DNA of 64,000 bases, from contig JBNARI010000001.1 in assembly GCA_049718765.1 (NCBI GenBank), positions 109,697-173,696 of the forward strand, given 5' to 3'. Below are positions 1 through 11,916 of the stretch, piece after piece. The stretch is from Bacillota bacterium. Lineage in GTDB: Bacteria; Bacillota; Sulfobacillia; DUMF01. Made by a program: the position numbers and the translations under genes. The first letter of the stretch is position 1. Each line of letters begins with the position of its first letter. A model generated the notes under the pieces. The model saw nothing but the letters and a program-made list of their open reading frames with translations. It did not search any database and had not been told where the DNA came from.

Positions 1-157
1 TGGTACTACCAGTCCCCTTAGACGCAATCACGTTGCCCATAGCGTCCGTGATTATGGTCACGCCCAACTCCTTCAACCTGCTAAGGATGACTTTCCTTAC
101 CTCTGCCTCTCTTCCCGACACTCCCGCAGCTAGCGCCAGTTCCTTTACTCCCAACAC
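1..157 (-). CDS. M42 family aminopeptidase, second tandem copy (N-terminal part only; gene runs off the window start)
   Basis: Reverse translation of 1..157 gives V/LLGVKELALAAGVSGREAEVRKVILSRLKELGVTIITDAMGNVIASKGTGST, a typical M42 (FrvX/YsdC) N-terminus. Candidate GTG start at 157, with GGAGGG 6 nt upstream, overlaps the stop of the upstream M42 gene by about 10 nt. Not in the supplied ORF track because it is truncated. Confidence 0.6.
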   Translation of the reverse strand, partial: MLGVKELALAAGVSGREAEVRKVILSRLKELGVTIITDAMGNVIASKGTGST

Positions 158-1197
158 GTCAGACCCTCCATGAACGGTGCATCCATGCGGGTTATTGCCT
201 CGGCAAGCAAAACTGCGCACCAGACCCCGTCCCTCAGGTCAAGGGTCTCGACGGAGGTGTGCATGTAGCGGAGCGGGATGCTCACCACTGCGGTGGCAAC
301 GCCTTCACCTGACACCTGCATGGCCCAAGCGTCCGTTCCGCTTCTGCCAGGGGCCACCTCGACTTGGTACTTCATGCCAAGGGAACCCGCAGCAGCGCAA
401 AGCAGATCGACCAACTTGGGGTGAGCGTTGGCGCCAACCAGGATGGCTGGTCCTCCTCCAAGCTTGCAAGAGTCGTGCTCTGGCAGGCCTGGCATATCCC
501 CGTGGGTGACGTCCACCGCAATTGCTACCCTGGGCTGGAGCCTGAAGCACGCCGTAGTTGCTCCTCTCAGCCCTTCTTCCTCTTGTACCGTGAGAATTGC
601 AACTACGTCAGGAGGGTGGCGTCGTTGGGACAGGAGCTCCATGGTGCGGCATACTGCGGCGGCTCCAGCGCGGTTGTCCAGGGCCTTGCCTGCCACCAAG
701 TGTGATTTGAGCCTCAGGAGCTTGCGCTTGAAACAGGCTACGTCTCCTACGCGAACCACTTCCTTTGCCTTTTCCCCAAGGCCCGTGTCTATGAAGAGAT
801 CGTCAATGGGTATTGACTTGCGGCGCTCTTCGTCCTTAACAAGGTGGGGCGGTTTCATGCCAATGATACCGTCCACTGTCCGTCTGCCGTACACAGTGAC
901 TTCCTGACCAACCAGCACCCTCTCGTCCATATCTCCCAAAAGTGCAAACCTCAAAAAGCCACGTTCGTCTACGTCTTTGATCACGAGGCCCACCTCGTCC
1001 ATGTGGGCGGCAAGCACCACTGTGCCCACATGTTTTCCACCTGACCCGGTTCCTGGTAGCCTTGCCATCACATTGCCCATCTGGTCTGTCCAAACCTCAG
1101 GGCAGCGCTGTTCAAGCCACCTTTGGGCTGCCGAAGCCACTGGGAACTCGGCGCCCGAAGGACCTGGCAGCTCCGATAGTTCTGCCAGCAGAGTCAT
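145..1197 (-). CDS. M42 family metallo-aminopeptidase (glutamyl aminopeptidase/FrvX/YsdC-like)
   Basis: The ORF 145..1230 translates to an M42 peptidase (N-terminal MTLLAELSELPGPSGAEF; Asp/His/Glu metal-ligand regions; 361 aa). The probable start is the in-frame ATG at 1197 (MTLLAEL), abutting the upstream radical-SAM stop. Family-level homology. Confidence 0.85.
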   Translation of the reverse strand: MTLLAELSELPGPSGAEFPVASAAQRWLEQRCPEVWTDQMGNVMARLPGTGSGGKHVGTVVLAAHMDEVGLVIKDVDERGFLRFALLGDMDERVLVGQEVTVYGRRTVDGIIGMKPPHLVKDEERRKSIPIDDLFIDTGLGEKAKEVVRVGDVACFKRKLLRLKSHLVAGKALDNRAGAAAVCRTMELLSQRRHPPDVVAILTVQEEEGLRGATTACFRLQPRVAIAVDVTHGDMPGLPEHDSCKLGGGPAILVGANAHPKLVDLLCAAAGSLGMKYQVEVAPGRSGTDAWAMQVSGEGVATAVVSIPLRYMHTSVETLDLRDGVWCAVLLAEAITRMDAPFMEGLTCWE

Positions 1198-2540
1198 ATA
1201 AGGATCGTCTCGCATCCCGTTTTCCGCCATAGCTCAGTGTATGACCTCCCGGTGATGTCCCTGCCCCTGGAGTCAAAGGCCTTGCTCGGCACAAGCAGCA
1301 AGCCCCGGGGGAAGCTGCGCCTGTCTTCCAACTCTTCCATGATATCACATACGGTGAGCAGTCCGGCACAACGTATTGAACCGCCAAAGAAGCGGTTTCT
1401 CACAGGCAGGACCTCCAGTTGCACTGGCGGGCTCCCTGCGATTCTAGCGCTTAGCTGTACCATTTGGGCAACGCAAAACTGCGCCAAAGTGGACGTGACC
1501 ACAACCACCCTGCAGTGGCGTTCCAGGTGCTGCGCCAGCGCAGCCAGGTTTTGGTAGGACACGTCATCGTACAGCACCAACCCGCTTTCCTCGTCCTGAC
1601 GTTTGACAAGGGTGACTTCCAAGGTGTGGGACTCCCTGCGCAGCATGAGCACTGGGTTCCTTGACTGGACGCACAACTGGAAGGCGTGGTTCCTGCTGAG
1701 CACTGTTTGGCCGTCTACGGCAAGCACCACATCGCCTCGCTGGACGCCAGCGGCTTCGGCAGGGGAACCAGGTAGGGTGCCCTCTACCACCGCTTCGAGC
1801 GAGGGGAGGCAGGGAGGCTCTAACAACACTGCCCTTTTCCAGGTTCGCGAGGCACGGTCGCAAACCTCCCGCAACCTCTCGCGAGCTTCCACTGGGTCTG
1901 CTGGCTGGAGCTCTGCAGGGGTTAGCCTGGTGAAGCCTGGTTCCATGACCCGCACCGTGCGCGCGCCAAGTTCCAACAAACAGGCGATGGATTCCTCCAC
2001 TTCATCCCAGCCTGTGAGGTGGGGCATTGCTACCACGCTTCCGTCGAACTGCAGCTGGTGGGCGCGAAGCTGCTCCAGCGCCTCAATGGGGCCACGAGTG
2101 TTGTCACCAAGCAGCTGCTTCCTTGCAGCTTGACCCCGAAAATTCAGGGATATCACGAAGCTTATGCCGCCCATTTCCGAAAGGCGCTCCACCGTCGCTT
2201 TGCTGAGGAGCAACCCATTGGTGGTGATTTGGATTTTGCACTGGGGGAACTTCGTGCGCAACAAGGAAACCACCTCGATGAACTGGGGGTGGGTAGTGGG
2301 CTCGCCTTCGATTATCCTGGTTGCTGATTCGCCGATCACGATCTTGCCCCGGGGCGGCAGCCACTCCAGGGTTGCTTCGATTTCCCGGAGGGGTCTTGGG
2401 GGTATCCTGAACACCTCTACCCCAGGGGGGTTAAACCTGTTGCTACAGAACTCGCAACTCAAGTTGCACGTGGATGTGAGGGGCAGGACCCCGGTTCTTT
2501 GGGCTTCGAATAGCGCCTGCCACAACATGGCTATCACCAC
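1194..2540 (-). CDS. radical SAM protein with an internal PDZ domain (DUF512-like architecture); function unknown
   Basis: 448-aa ORF with the N-terminal CxxxCxxC motif CNLSCEFC, a central PDZ-like stretch (GSPAEAAGVQRGDVVLAVDGQTV) and a C-terminal FFGGSIRCAGLLT region. Shares an operon with, and overlaps, the M42 peptidase genes. Exact start uncertain (MLWQAL alternative). Confidence 0.7.
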   Translation of the reverse strand: MVIAMLWQALFEAQRTGVLPLTSTCNLSCEFCSNRFNPPGVEVFRIPPRPLREIEATLEWLPPRGKIVIGESATRIIEGEPTTHPQFIEVVSLLRTKFPQCKIQITTNGLLLSKATVERLSEMGGISFVISLNFRGQAARKQLLGDNTRGPIEALEQLRAHQLQFDGSVVAMPHLTGWDEVEESIACLLELGARTVRVMEPGFTRLTPAELQPADPVEARERLREVCDRASRTWKRAVLLEPPCLPSLEAVVEGTLPGSPAEAAGVQRGDVVLAVDGQTVLSRNHAFQLCVQSRNPVLMLRRESHTLEVTLVKRQDEESGLVLYDDVSYQNLAALAQHLERHCRVVVVTSTLAQFCVAQMVQLSARIAGSPPVQLEVLPVRNRFFGGSIRCAGLLTVCDIMEELEDRRSFPRGLLLVPSKAFDSRGRDITGRSYTELWRKTGCETILI

Positions 2541-2576
2541 TCCAGCGTTGCGGTTCCCAGGCCCATTCGATCATAA

Positions 2577-4883
<2,307 letters not shown>

Positions 4884-4909
<26 letters not shown>

Positions 4910-6209
4910 CCTCGAGCACCTCCATAAATGCGTCGACCCTCGACCTCTGTTGGGCAGTACTCACGCACCTGGGGTCCACGCAATCTCCGTCGAGTTCCAG
5001 GAAGGGGATTCCTTCATCCCTTAGTGCCTGTCTTATTGCCCAAGCCATTCCAGTGGATTGCCTGCAGCCCCAATGGCTGAACTGAATGACGCCGTCCACT
5101 CGGTAATCGTTGACGAGCTTGAGCACCAACTGTACCCGCCTTTCCGCTGGGCCCCAACTGGGATGGTCCACCATCCTTTGGGCTAGGTATTGCCAGAAAG
5201 CCTCAGGACGGGGCGGTTGCCAGTGGACGTAGCTGTAGTCGTTAAAGGCGATGAGGGCTTTCCAGTTCAGCTCCAGGTGGTCCAGGACGTGGGAGTCAGT
5301 GTACGGCCGCAAGTGAAGCCAAAGCAACCTGAAACGTTCCCCTCCTGGCAAGGCCGCCCTTCCAGAGGCCACCCGTTTGGCAAGGCATACGGCCAGGGAT
5401 TCAAAGAACCTGGTCCCTTCCGGACAGCCCATTGCAAGCATTTCTACGGCAAAGTAGGACAGCGCTTCGGCTCCCCTCCATGGCCCAGGCACCTCTTGCC
5501 TGAGCTCGTTGACGCGCTGGCGATGAAGGGTGCAGGCCCTGGAGTGGGCAGCAGTACGGCTCAGCCAAAGGCTTGAGTCTGTGTGGTTGAGCAGCCTGCG
5601 GGGGTGGATCTCTCTTACGAGCCTTTGCCACAAGTCCTGGAGCTGGTGGGCAACGTAGTCCACCGCTTCTGTGCAGTAAGTGCTGCCAGGAGCCGTGACT
5701 GGCACGTCCAGGTTGTAGCACGGAACCCCAAGGGTATGGGCCAAGTTCTCAAACGCCCTAACGCCGCCGTCGCACAGGAGGTTTGTGGTGACAATTGCGT
5801 TGGGTTCAGGGAGCAGCCCGTTCCGCGCCATACCCACCATGCATCGGTGGAACCCACATAGGTCGCTGGAATATCCCTCGCCTTCTGCGCTGCAAAGCAT
5901 GGGCACGCCGAGTCCCAGTGAGGCGGCAACACCAGCTGCGAGTTCAGGGATGAAGGGGATTGCTCCAGCGGCATAACTCAGCTCGCTGGGCACAAAAGTG
6001 CTGGTCCACACTACAGGCCTTGCCTTAGTGTAAGCTGCCGCTGGCTGAAGGAGCGCAAAGCACAGCGCCTCCCGCTGGAACAGGCTGTACTGGTCAACGC
6101 GGGACAACTTGGTGATTGCCCTCGCGAGGAAATGGGCTGCCTTTGAACGCAAAAGCCATGGCACATAGGGGGAACGCAACCCCCGTTGAATCAGCCTTGC
6201 AGCCAACAA
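4884..6209 (-). CDS. 2-hydroxyacyl-CoA dehydratase family subunit (HgdA/HadB/BcrC-like, PF06050-type)
   Basis: 441 aa. Conserved Cys-containing segments (LLCDGG…, HWGCRQSTG) and the C-terminal GIPFLELDGDCVDPR motif typical of 2-hydroxyglutaryl-CoA dehydratase D-component proteins. Overlaps neighbours by 19–26 nt. Confidence 0.75.
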
Positions 6210-7273
6210 CTGGGGTCACTGTCCTTTCTAAGCATTTCAAGGAAAGCCTCTACCCTTGTTCGGGCCTGTCCGGTATTGCCCCAGCCGTACTCGATTTGTA
6301 CCAATAGGCAGGGCATTGAGCGTGACTCGAGCACCTTCTTGACCACGGCAGCTTCGTAGAGGCCTACGTCGCAGAACTTGGGAACCATGTGGATTACCCC
6401 TGTAGCTCCTGTTGCTCGGGCGCTGTCGTAAATGGACTGAGCCCTCACCGAAGCGGGGACCTCCCTCGGGCAGGGCTGCCTCGAAAGATATTCGCTGGCG
6501 AGTCGGCGGAGCAACCCGTCGAGGGATTGCCCGTCACTAGTGGGAGCAAGGGCGTTGGCCGGCGGGGATGCCCATCTGGTCCACAAACAGCTGTCCACGT
6601 CCGCCACGGAGCCGCCAGCTTCCTCTACCAGGGAAATGGCGCTGCCATCCAACAAGTTGGTACCGGTGAGGAGCACTGCTGCTCCACCCGGGTATACCCT
6701 ATTTGGATCAGGGCGGCGCGCCTTCAGCCAGGTGAGCGCCTCCTCGGGGGGCATGGTGAACGCAGCGACGGCGTAACGGTGGAGTTGGGAAAACCGGAGA
6801 TTTCGCGCTTGGGCTGCACCGTGGAGCATCCTGAGCTGTGCCCTAATATCAGCGTAAAGCTGTGCAGATTTCTGGATGGCGCCGATGGCCTCGCCTTCGG
6901 GAGGCACGGGCTTGCCAATGAGTTCGTGGAGCTGAAGCCAGAACCCCTTGAACTCCCACGCTAGGGCTGCTGCCTGGCGTTCGGGGTCGAGGGGTGGCGC
7001 CAGCCGTGGCACCCAGGTAATGGCCTTGAATGGTATTGCGTCCAGGAGTCGCCTCATGCAGTCGCACGACACAGCAGTTGCCACAGCTGTAGGTTTTTCA
7101 TCTAGCACTGCCCGCACGTACGGGCAAAAGCTCCTCGCCAGCAGGGCGTCTGCACCTGCTCCCCCTGCTCTGTCAGGGATCAACCTCAAGGGGGAAATAC
7201 CTGCCGCGTGGATCAGCTCAACTGGAGTGTACGAGCACAGCCAGCCAAGGGATTCAACGCTTTTCCCTGACAC
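6191..7273 (-). CDS. 2-hydroxyacyl-CoA dehydratase family subunit (HgdB-like)
   Basis: 360 aa. N-terminal LGWLCSYTPVELIHAAGISP (HgdB signature KIGYxCSYxPEEIIxAAG-like), FCPY and SCDC Cys clusters, and C-terminal KFCDVGLYEAAVVKKVLESRSMPCLLVQIEY. Overlaps the cca 3' end by 20 nt, which indicates co-transcription. Confidence 0.75.
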   Translation of the reverse strand: MSGKSVESLGWLCSYTPVELIHAAGISPLRLIPDRAGGAGADALLARSFCPYVRAVLDEKPTAVATAVSCDCMRRLLDAIPFKAITWVPRLAPPLDPERQAAALAWEFKGFWLQLHELIGKPVPPEGEAIGAIQKSAQLYADIRAQLRMLHGAAQARNLRFSQLHRYAVAAFTMPPEEALTWLKARRPDPNRVYPGGAAVLLTGTNLLDGSAISLVEEAGGSVADVDSCLWTRWASPPANALAPTSDGQSLDGLLRRLASEYLSRQPCPREVPASVRAQSIYDSARATGATGVIHMVPKFCDVGLYEAAVVKKVLESRSMPCLLVQIEYGWGNTGQARTRVEAFLEMLRKDSDPSCWLQG

Positions 7274-8639
7274 TTTGGTCCCTCCACCAGTCCCTGAGCA
7301 GCTCTAGCAACTTGCCTCTCTCGTTCTTGGCGGGGTCTTCCAGCACTTGCTCGAGGAGATATCCAAGTGCCCTGCCCACTGTGGGGCCTGGCTTGATCTG
7401 AAGTTCCGCCATGACATCGTGCCCTGATATTGCCAGATCGCACACGCTCAGGGGCTGCTTTTCTTCAATCACCTGGCGTATCCTCTGCTGCAGTTGGACG
7501 ATGGAGTCAAGGCCCCTTTCGTTTCCTGAAGCCAACATGTCAGCGCGCTTCAGCTCGAGCAAGTCCAGGGTTCCGTCTGGGCCTAGCTTGCGCAGGAGTC
7601 GCCTCAACGCTGCATCCCCCAGATCCGACACGGGCCTCATGTGCTCACGGACCAGCATGCAGGTGCGCTCCACCGTGGCATTGTCCAGCTTAAGCCTGCT
7701 CAGGATCTGGCGCGCTATTTGCTCTCCCGCTCTCTCATGACCGTAGAAACGCAACTGACCAGAGTCCACGCACACGCACGCGGGTTTGCCTATGTCATGG
7801 AGCAACGCGGCGTAGCGCAGGGGGAGCGTGGGCGGCACGAGCTCTACTGCTTCCAGGGAGTGGTCCACCACTGGCTTGTTGTGCAGCCTAACCCCACTAT
7901 CCATTGAGGCGAGCTGCTCAAGCTCTGGTATGACCACTTTCATGAGGCCGTTGTCAAGCATGAACTGCAGCCCTTTGGAAGCGTACTTGCCCAGGAGCAA
8001 CTTGTTGAGTTCGTCCCTAATCCGTTCCACGGAAACCAGGGCGAGCTTTTGGGCATTGGCTTGCACTGCCCGCCGGGTGTCGCGCTGTACGTCCCAACCG
8101 TACTCGGCGCTGAACCGGGCTGCCCTGAGCATTCTAAGGGCGTCCTCGGCAAACCTTTGGTTTGGGTCTCCAACGGTGCATATCACGCCCTGACGAAGGT
8201 GGTTAATGCCATCAAAGGGATCGAGCACGGCTCCCGAGGGCCAGTGCACCGCAATTGCGTTGACCGTGAAATCACGCCTTGCCAAGTCCCCCTCGATGTC
8301 AGGCAGGAAAGTCACCAGCGTTGGGTGGCGTCCATCGTGGTAGTCCTGTTCCCCCCTGAAGGTGGTCACCTGCACCACCTTGCCGTCCTTCACCACGCCC
8401 ACGGTACCAAACTTCTCCCCTGCCAGCACCAATCTGTCGGGCGGGAACAGTGCCTTGACTTGATCTGGGAGGGCAGATGTGGCCAGGTCCCAGTCTGAAG
8501 GCACGAGTCCCAACAGGAGGTCCCTGGGTGCCCCTCCAACCACAAACACCTGGTGGCCCTGCTGCAGCAGCTTGTGGGCCACCTCACCCACGTAGTCGGG
8601 TGCAAGCGTGACGATGTCCAGCTGGTTTGAAAGCTGCAT
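7254..8639 (-). CDS. cca: CCA-adding tRNA nucleotidyltransferase / poly(A)-polymerase-family protein with HD domain
   Basis: Head domain VVGGAPRDLLLG…DWDLATSALP (GGxxRD, DxD), an RRDFTVNAIA region and the HD-domain motif LLHDIGK. ATG at 8639 has GGGAG 5 nt upstream; the track ORF extends to a GTG at 8651. First gene of the minus-strand operon that continues into the Hgd-like genes. Confidence 0.85.
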   Translation of the reverse strand: MQLSNQLDIVTLAPDYVGEVAHKLLQQGHQVFVVGGAPRDLLLGLVPSDWDLATSALPDQVKALFPPDRLVLAGEKFGTVGVVKDGKVVQVTTFRGEQDYHDGRHPTLVTFLPDIEGDLARRDFTVNAIAVHWPSGAVLDPFDGINHLRQGVICTVGDPNQRFAEDALRMLRAARFSAEYGWDVQRDTRRAVQANAQKLALVSVERIRDELNKLLLGKYASKGLQFMLDNGLMKVVIPELEQLASMDSGVRLHNKPVVDHSLEAVELVPPTLPLRYAALLHDIGKPACVCVDSGQLRFYGHERAGEQIARQILSRLKLDNATVERTCMLVREHMRPVSDLGDAALRRLLRKLGPDGTLDLLELKRADMLASGNERGLDSIVQLQQRIRQVIEEKQPLSVCDLAISGHDVMAELQIKPGPTVGRALGYLLEQVLEDPAKNERGKLLELLRDWWRDQSVREKR

Positions 8640-8707
8640 GTTGACTCCCACTTCCTAGCAGAGATAAGCTAACAAAGTGGACGCCCAGGGAGGTGAAGGC
8701 AAGCCAA

Positions 8708-10453
8708 ATGCGCCGCCGCAAGAAGCCAATCGCGTTGCAGCTGACGATAGACCTGGTGTTGCTGTGCCTCGTGGGCGGCCTGATATACGCGTTGATGGCC
8801 GCGGGCAGGCCGGTTGCTGCAGAACCAGAGCATCTTGCGCTTGAGCTGCGACACTTGCCTGCATACGCAGTACGCTCCCTGACGCGGATGATAGTCGCTT
8901 ACATTATATCTCTGCTCTTTTCCCTGTCCTACGGATACGTTGCAGCCACGTACCCCGCAGCGGGGCGCATCATGATCCCGTTGCTGGATGTGTTGCAGTC
9001 CGTCCCGGTGCTCGGGTTTTTCCCGGCGGCAGTCTACTTCTTCGTGCAGCTTTTCCGGGGCTCCATCCTTGGAGTGGAACTAGCGTCCATCTTCTTGATA
9101 TTCACTGGACAGGCATGGAACATGACGTTTGGCGTTTACGAGTCCCTAACCACCATTCCCAAGGACCTGGTACAGGCGCTTCAAGCCCTCGGCGTCAAGG
9201 GCATGCTCGCATTCAAGAGGTTACACCTACCTGCCACCGTGAGCAAGCTAATTTACAACAGTATGCTCTCTTGGGCAGGAGGATGGTACTTCCTCATAGC
9301 GTGTGAAATCATTTCGTTTGGGCCGGTGCACCATACCCTGCCAGGGCTTGGCAGCTTTCTGATCAAGTCGGCGGAGCAAGGGCACTTGGGGCTCACCTTG
9401 GCGGGATTGCTGGTGCTGGTGACCGTGATAGTGCTGCTCAACGCCCTGGTTTGGGCTCCATTGCTGGTCTGGGGTGACAAGTACAAGTACGAGTTCACTG
9501 CGTACGGCGCAAGGCCCCAGTCCACTGTGCTGAGACTGCTTGAGGATTCGTACCTCGTTCCCAGGGTACTCCGACTTGGGCGCTGGGTTCAAGCGAGGGT
9601 AGTTGCTGCCCTGGAGGCCGCCCAGGAGAGGGCGCGCGCTGCGGCCCCACGGCCAGAGCGCAGGAGGATGGAAGGAGTGCCCAGGAACGCCCGTCTGGCA
9701 ATGTCCAGGATTGGTTGGATTGGATTTGCTGGGATCGCCCTGATTGGGGTTTGGAAACTGGCTTTGACGTTGGTTCCCTTGTTAAGGGGGCCTTGGCCCT
9801 CCGAAGTCAAACTGCTTCCCCTGGCGCTAGGTGCGTCCGCACTTAGGTTGGCAGTGGCCTACGTGATATCCATTGCTTGGACCTTGCCTGTGGCCGTCTG
9901 GGTGGGGTTGAACGAACGGGCGGAGGCCGTGTTGATGCCAGTGGCCCAAGTTCTTGCGTCGGTGCCGGCGACCGCCCTGTTCCCGGTGATCGTGGCGATC
10001 ATGCTCAACACCAGCGGAGGCATCGAAGTGGCTTCAGTGCTCCTTGTGCTCACCGGAATGCAATGGTACATACTGTTCAACCTGGTGGCCGGAGTGAAAG
10101 CTATCCCCGGGGACTTGCTTGCGGCGGCAAGGGCCTTCCAAGTCAAGGGGAAACTGTTCTTCCAAAAAGTACTACTGCCAGGCATGTTCCCTTCGTTGGT
10201 CACCGGTAGCATAACGGGCTGGGGTGGCGGTTGGAACGCTCTGATCGTTTCGGAATACGTGGTCTACGGGGGCAAGGCGTACAAAGCGTTTGGCATTGGT
10301 TCCATGCTGGACGTGGCCACGTACGAGACGGGTAACTTACAGGTGATGTGGTTCTCCCTTTTGAGTATGGTATTATTCATTACGGTAATGAACAGGCTGG
10401 TGTGGCGGCCATTGTACCAGCACGCGAGCAGGCGTTACAAGATTGAGTACTGA
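8708..10453 (+). CDS. ABC transporter permease, fused tandem duplication of a NitT/TauT (SsuC/TauC/NrtB)-type transmembrane domain
   Basis: About 580 aa with two repeats of the BPD-transporter EAA-loop region (TGQAWNMTFGVYESLTTIPKDLVQALQALGV and TGMQWYILFNLVAGVKAIPGDLLAAARAFQVKG). ATG at 8708 preceded by GGGAGGTGA. Confidence 0.8.
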   Translation: MRRRKKPIALQLTIDLVLLCLVGGLIYALMAAGRPVAAEPEHLALELRHLPAYAVRSLTRMIVAYIISLLFSLSYGYVAATYPAAGRIMIPLLDVLQSVPVLGFFPAAVYFFVQLFRGSILGVELASIFLIFTGQAWNMTFGVYESLTTIPKDLVQALQALGVKGMLAFKRLHLPATVSKLIYNSMLSWAGGWYFLIACEIISFGPVHHTLPGLGSFLIKSAEQGHLGLTLAGLLVLVTVIVLLNALVWAPLLVWGDKYKYEFTAYGARPQSTVLRLLEDSYLVPRVLRLGRWVQARVVAALEAAQERARAAAPRPERRRMEGVPRNARLAMSRIGWIGFAGIALIGVWKLALTLVPLLRGPWPSEVKLLPLALGASALRLAVAYVISIAWTLPVAVWVGLNERAEAVLMPVAQVLASVPATALFPVIVAIMLNTSGGIEVASVLLVLTGMQWYILFNLVAGVKAIPGDLLAAARAFQVKGKLFFQKVLLPGMFPSLVTGSITGWGGGWNALIVSEYVVYGGKAYKAFGIGSMLDVATYETGNLQVMWFSLLSMVLFITVMNRLVWRPLYQHASRRYKIEY

Positions 10454-10456
10454 CGG

Positions 10457-11218
10457 TTGGGGTGCAACGTGGAACTGCTGACGGTTCGCAACGTTTCCAA
10501 AATATACGCGGACGAGGGCCGGGTGGTGAAGGTCCTGGACGGCGTGTCCATAGATGTACACGAAGAGGAATTCGTGTGCCTGGTTGGGCCTTCTGGTTGC
10601 GGCAAATCCACCTTGCTCAAGATGGTGATTGGCCTGGACAGGCCCACTTCAGGGGAAGTGCTGTACAGGGCCAGACCAGTGGAGGAATTCCGGGACCGCA
10701 TTGCCATAGTGTTCCAGTCCTTTGCTCTCTTGCCCTGGCTCACGGTGAGCCAAAACGTAGAGCTGGGACTGGAAGCGAAGGGGCTGAGCAGGAAAGAGAG
10801 GCTGGCCATCGTAAATAAATACCTGGATAAGGTGGGCTTGGACGGCTTCGAGGAAGCATACCCAAGGGAGCTTTCCGGCGGAATGAAGCAAAGGGTGGGC
10901 ATTGCAAGGGCCCTGGCCATGGAACCGGAGTTGCTCCTGATGGACGAACCATTTTCCGCATTGGACGCCCTCACGGCGCAGAACTTGCGCGAGGAAGTGC
11001 TTGACCTTTGGGAAGACGAGTCCATGCCAGTCTCTTCGGTGATCATGGTGACACACTCCATTGACGAGGCAGTTTTCATGGCAGACAGGGTGATCGTGCT
11101 TTCTGCAAGACCGGGGAGGGTGCTAGGGGATGTGAGGATCGATTTGCCGAGGCCCAGGAATCCAAAGCATCAGGCGTTCCATGAGATGACAGATAGGATT
11201 TATTCACTGATCCTGTGA
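10457..11218 (+). CDS. ABC transporter ATP-binding protein, nitrate/sulfonate/bicarbonate (NitT/TauT) family
   Basis: Walker A (GPSGCGKST), Q-loop, signature LSGGMKQRVGIARAL, Walker B (LLLMDEPFSALD) and H-loop (VTHS). TTG start 4 nt after the permease stop. Confidence 0.9.
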   Translation: MGCNVELLTVRNVSKIYADEGRVVKVLDGVSIDVHEEEFVCLVGPSGCGKSTLLKMVIGLDRPTSGEVLYRARPVEEFRDRIAIVFQSFALLPWLTVSQNVELGLEAKGLSRKERLAIVNKYLDKVGLDGFEEAYPRELSGGMKQRVGIARALAMEPELLLMDEPFSALDALTAQNLREEVLDLWEDESMPVSSVIMVTHSIDEAVFMADRVIVLSARPGRVLGDVRIDLPRPRNPKHQAFHEMTDRIYSLIL

Positions 11219-11231
11219 GTTGCTGTATAAT
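11203..11231 (+). promoter_or_regulatory. candidate sigma-A promoter (TTCACT-17-TATAAT within GCTGTATAAT) for the 11263 gene
   Basis: -35-like TTCACT at 11203–11208, 17-nt spacer, and TATAAT at 11226–11231 embedded in TGCTGTATAAT. The same GCTGTATAAT string recurs at 11974–11984. Pattern only. Confidence 0.3.
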
Positions 11232-11262
11232 GGTTTTCGAGTCGCGGGGAGGTCTGTGATAA

Positions 11263-11757
11263 ATGGACGTAGACCCATTGCCGAGTAGTGCATTGGGTGC
11301 GGTAATAGGGTTGCTGGAATACCTTGACGATATTGGCGGTCAAGAGGACGTTTACCGCGTGGCCACAGCGCTCCGAATGGAGCTGGACGACCTGCTTCCT
11401 GTGCTTAATGCGGGGAAGGTCCTGGGGTTCTTCAACGTGAGCAAGGGCGACGTGGCCATGACTGAACTTGGTCGAGACTTCTTGATGAGCGATGTGAACG
11501 GCCGCAAGCGCATTGTTTGCAAGCAGCTCAAGAAGTTGCCTTTGTTTCAGGACATCACGGAAACCTTGAAGAAAAGGAGGAACAAACGCGCTCCCAAGGA
11601 CTACTTCCTGGAGCTATTCGAGAAAAAGCTCCCTGAAGACGAAGCGGAGCGGCTCCTGAAGACAGTTATCGACTGGGGCAGGTACGGCGAATTGATCGGA
11701 TATAACGAAGACGCAGACGAGCTTTACCTTGACGAAGAAGGGCAGCTCACTTGTTGA
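11263..11757 (+). CDS. small acidic protein resembling the stand-alone 'AAA-associated' C-terminal domain of NitT/TauT-type ABC ATPases
   Basis: 164 aa. The family assignment is from recall of domain architecture, not from a search. Lies immediately downstream of the ABC ATPase on the same strand. Confidence 0.45.
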   Translation: MDVDPLPSSALGAVIGLLEYLDDIGGQEDVYRVATALRMELDDLLPVLNAGKVLGFFNVSKGDVAMTELGRDFLMSDVNGRKRIVCKQLKKLPLFQDITETLKKRRNKRAPKDYFLELFEKKLPEDEAERLLKTVIDWGRYGELIGYNEDADELYLDEEGQLTC

Positions 11758-11771
11758 TTGGAGGAAAAAGT

Positions 11772-11879
11772 ATGGCGACCTGGAAATGCTCCAACTGCGG
11801 GTTTGAAAAAGATGCTAGGTGCAAACCCCAAAAATGTCCGCAGTGCGGGACCAAGGGAAGCTTCACCAAGAAGGAGTAG
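11772..11879 (+). CDS. 35-aa zinc-ribbon (rubredoxin-like 2x CxxC) mini-protein
   Basis: Hand translation gives ATG-…-TAG encoding MATWKCSNCGFEKDARCKPQKCPQCGTKGSFTKKE, with two CxxC pairs. GGAGG is 8 nt upstream of the ATG and an intrinsic terminator follows. Below the ORF-track cutoff. The overlapping 71-aa track ORF (11758..11973, another frame) lacks these signals. Confidence 0.45.
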   Translation: MATWKCSNCGFEKDARCKPQKCPQCGTKGSFTKKE

Positions 11880-11916
11880 GTCTGGCCTAGGGCCTCAAAA
11901 AGGCCAAGGGCACTTC

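Noticed and set aside
8655-8864. Two small minus-strand ORFs (69 and 61 aa) overlapping the start of the ABC permease gene
   Set aside because: They overlap a strongly supported plus-strand coding region and a divergent promoter. No ribosome-binding site or motifs. Likely spurious.
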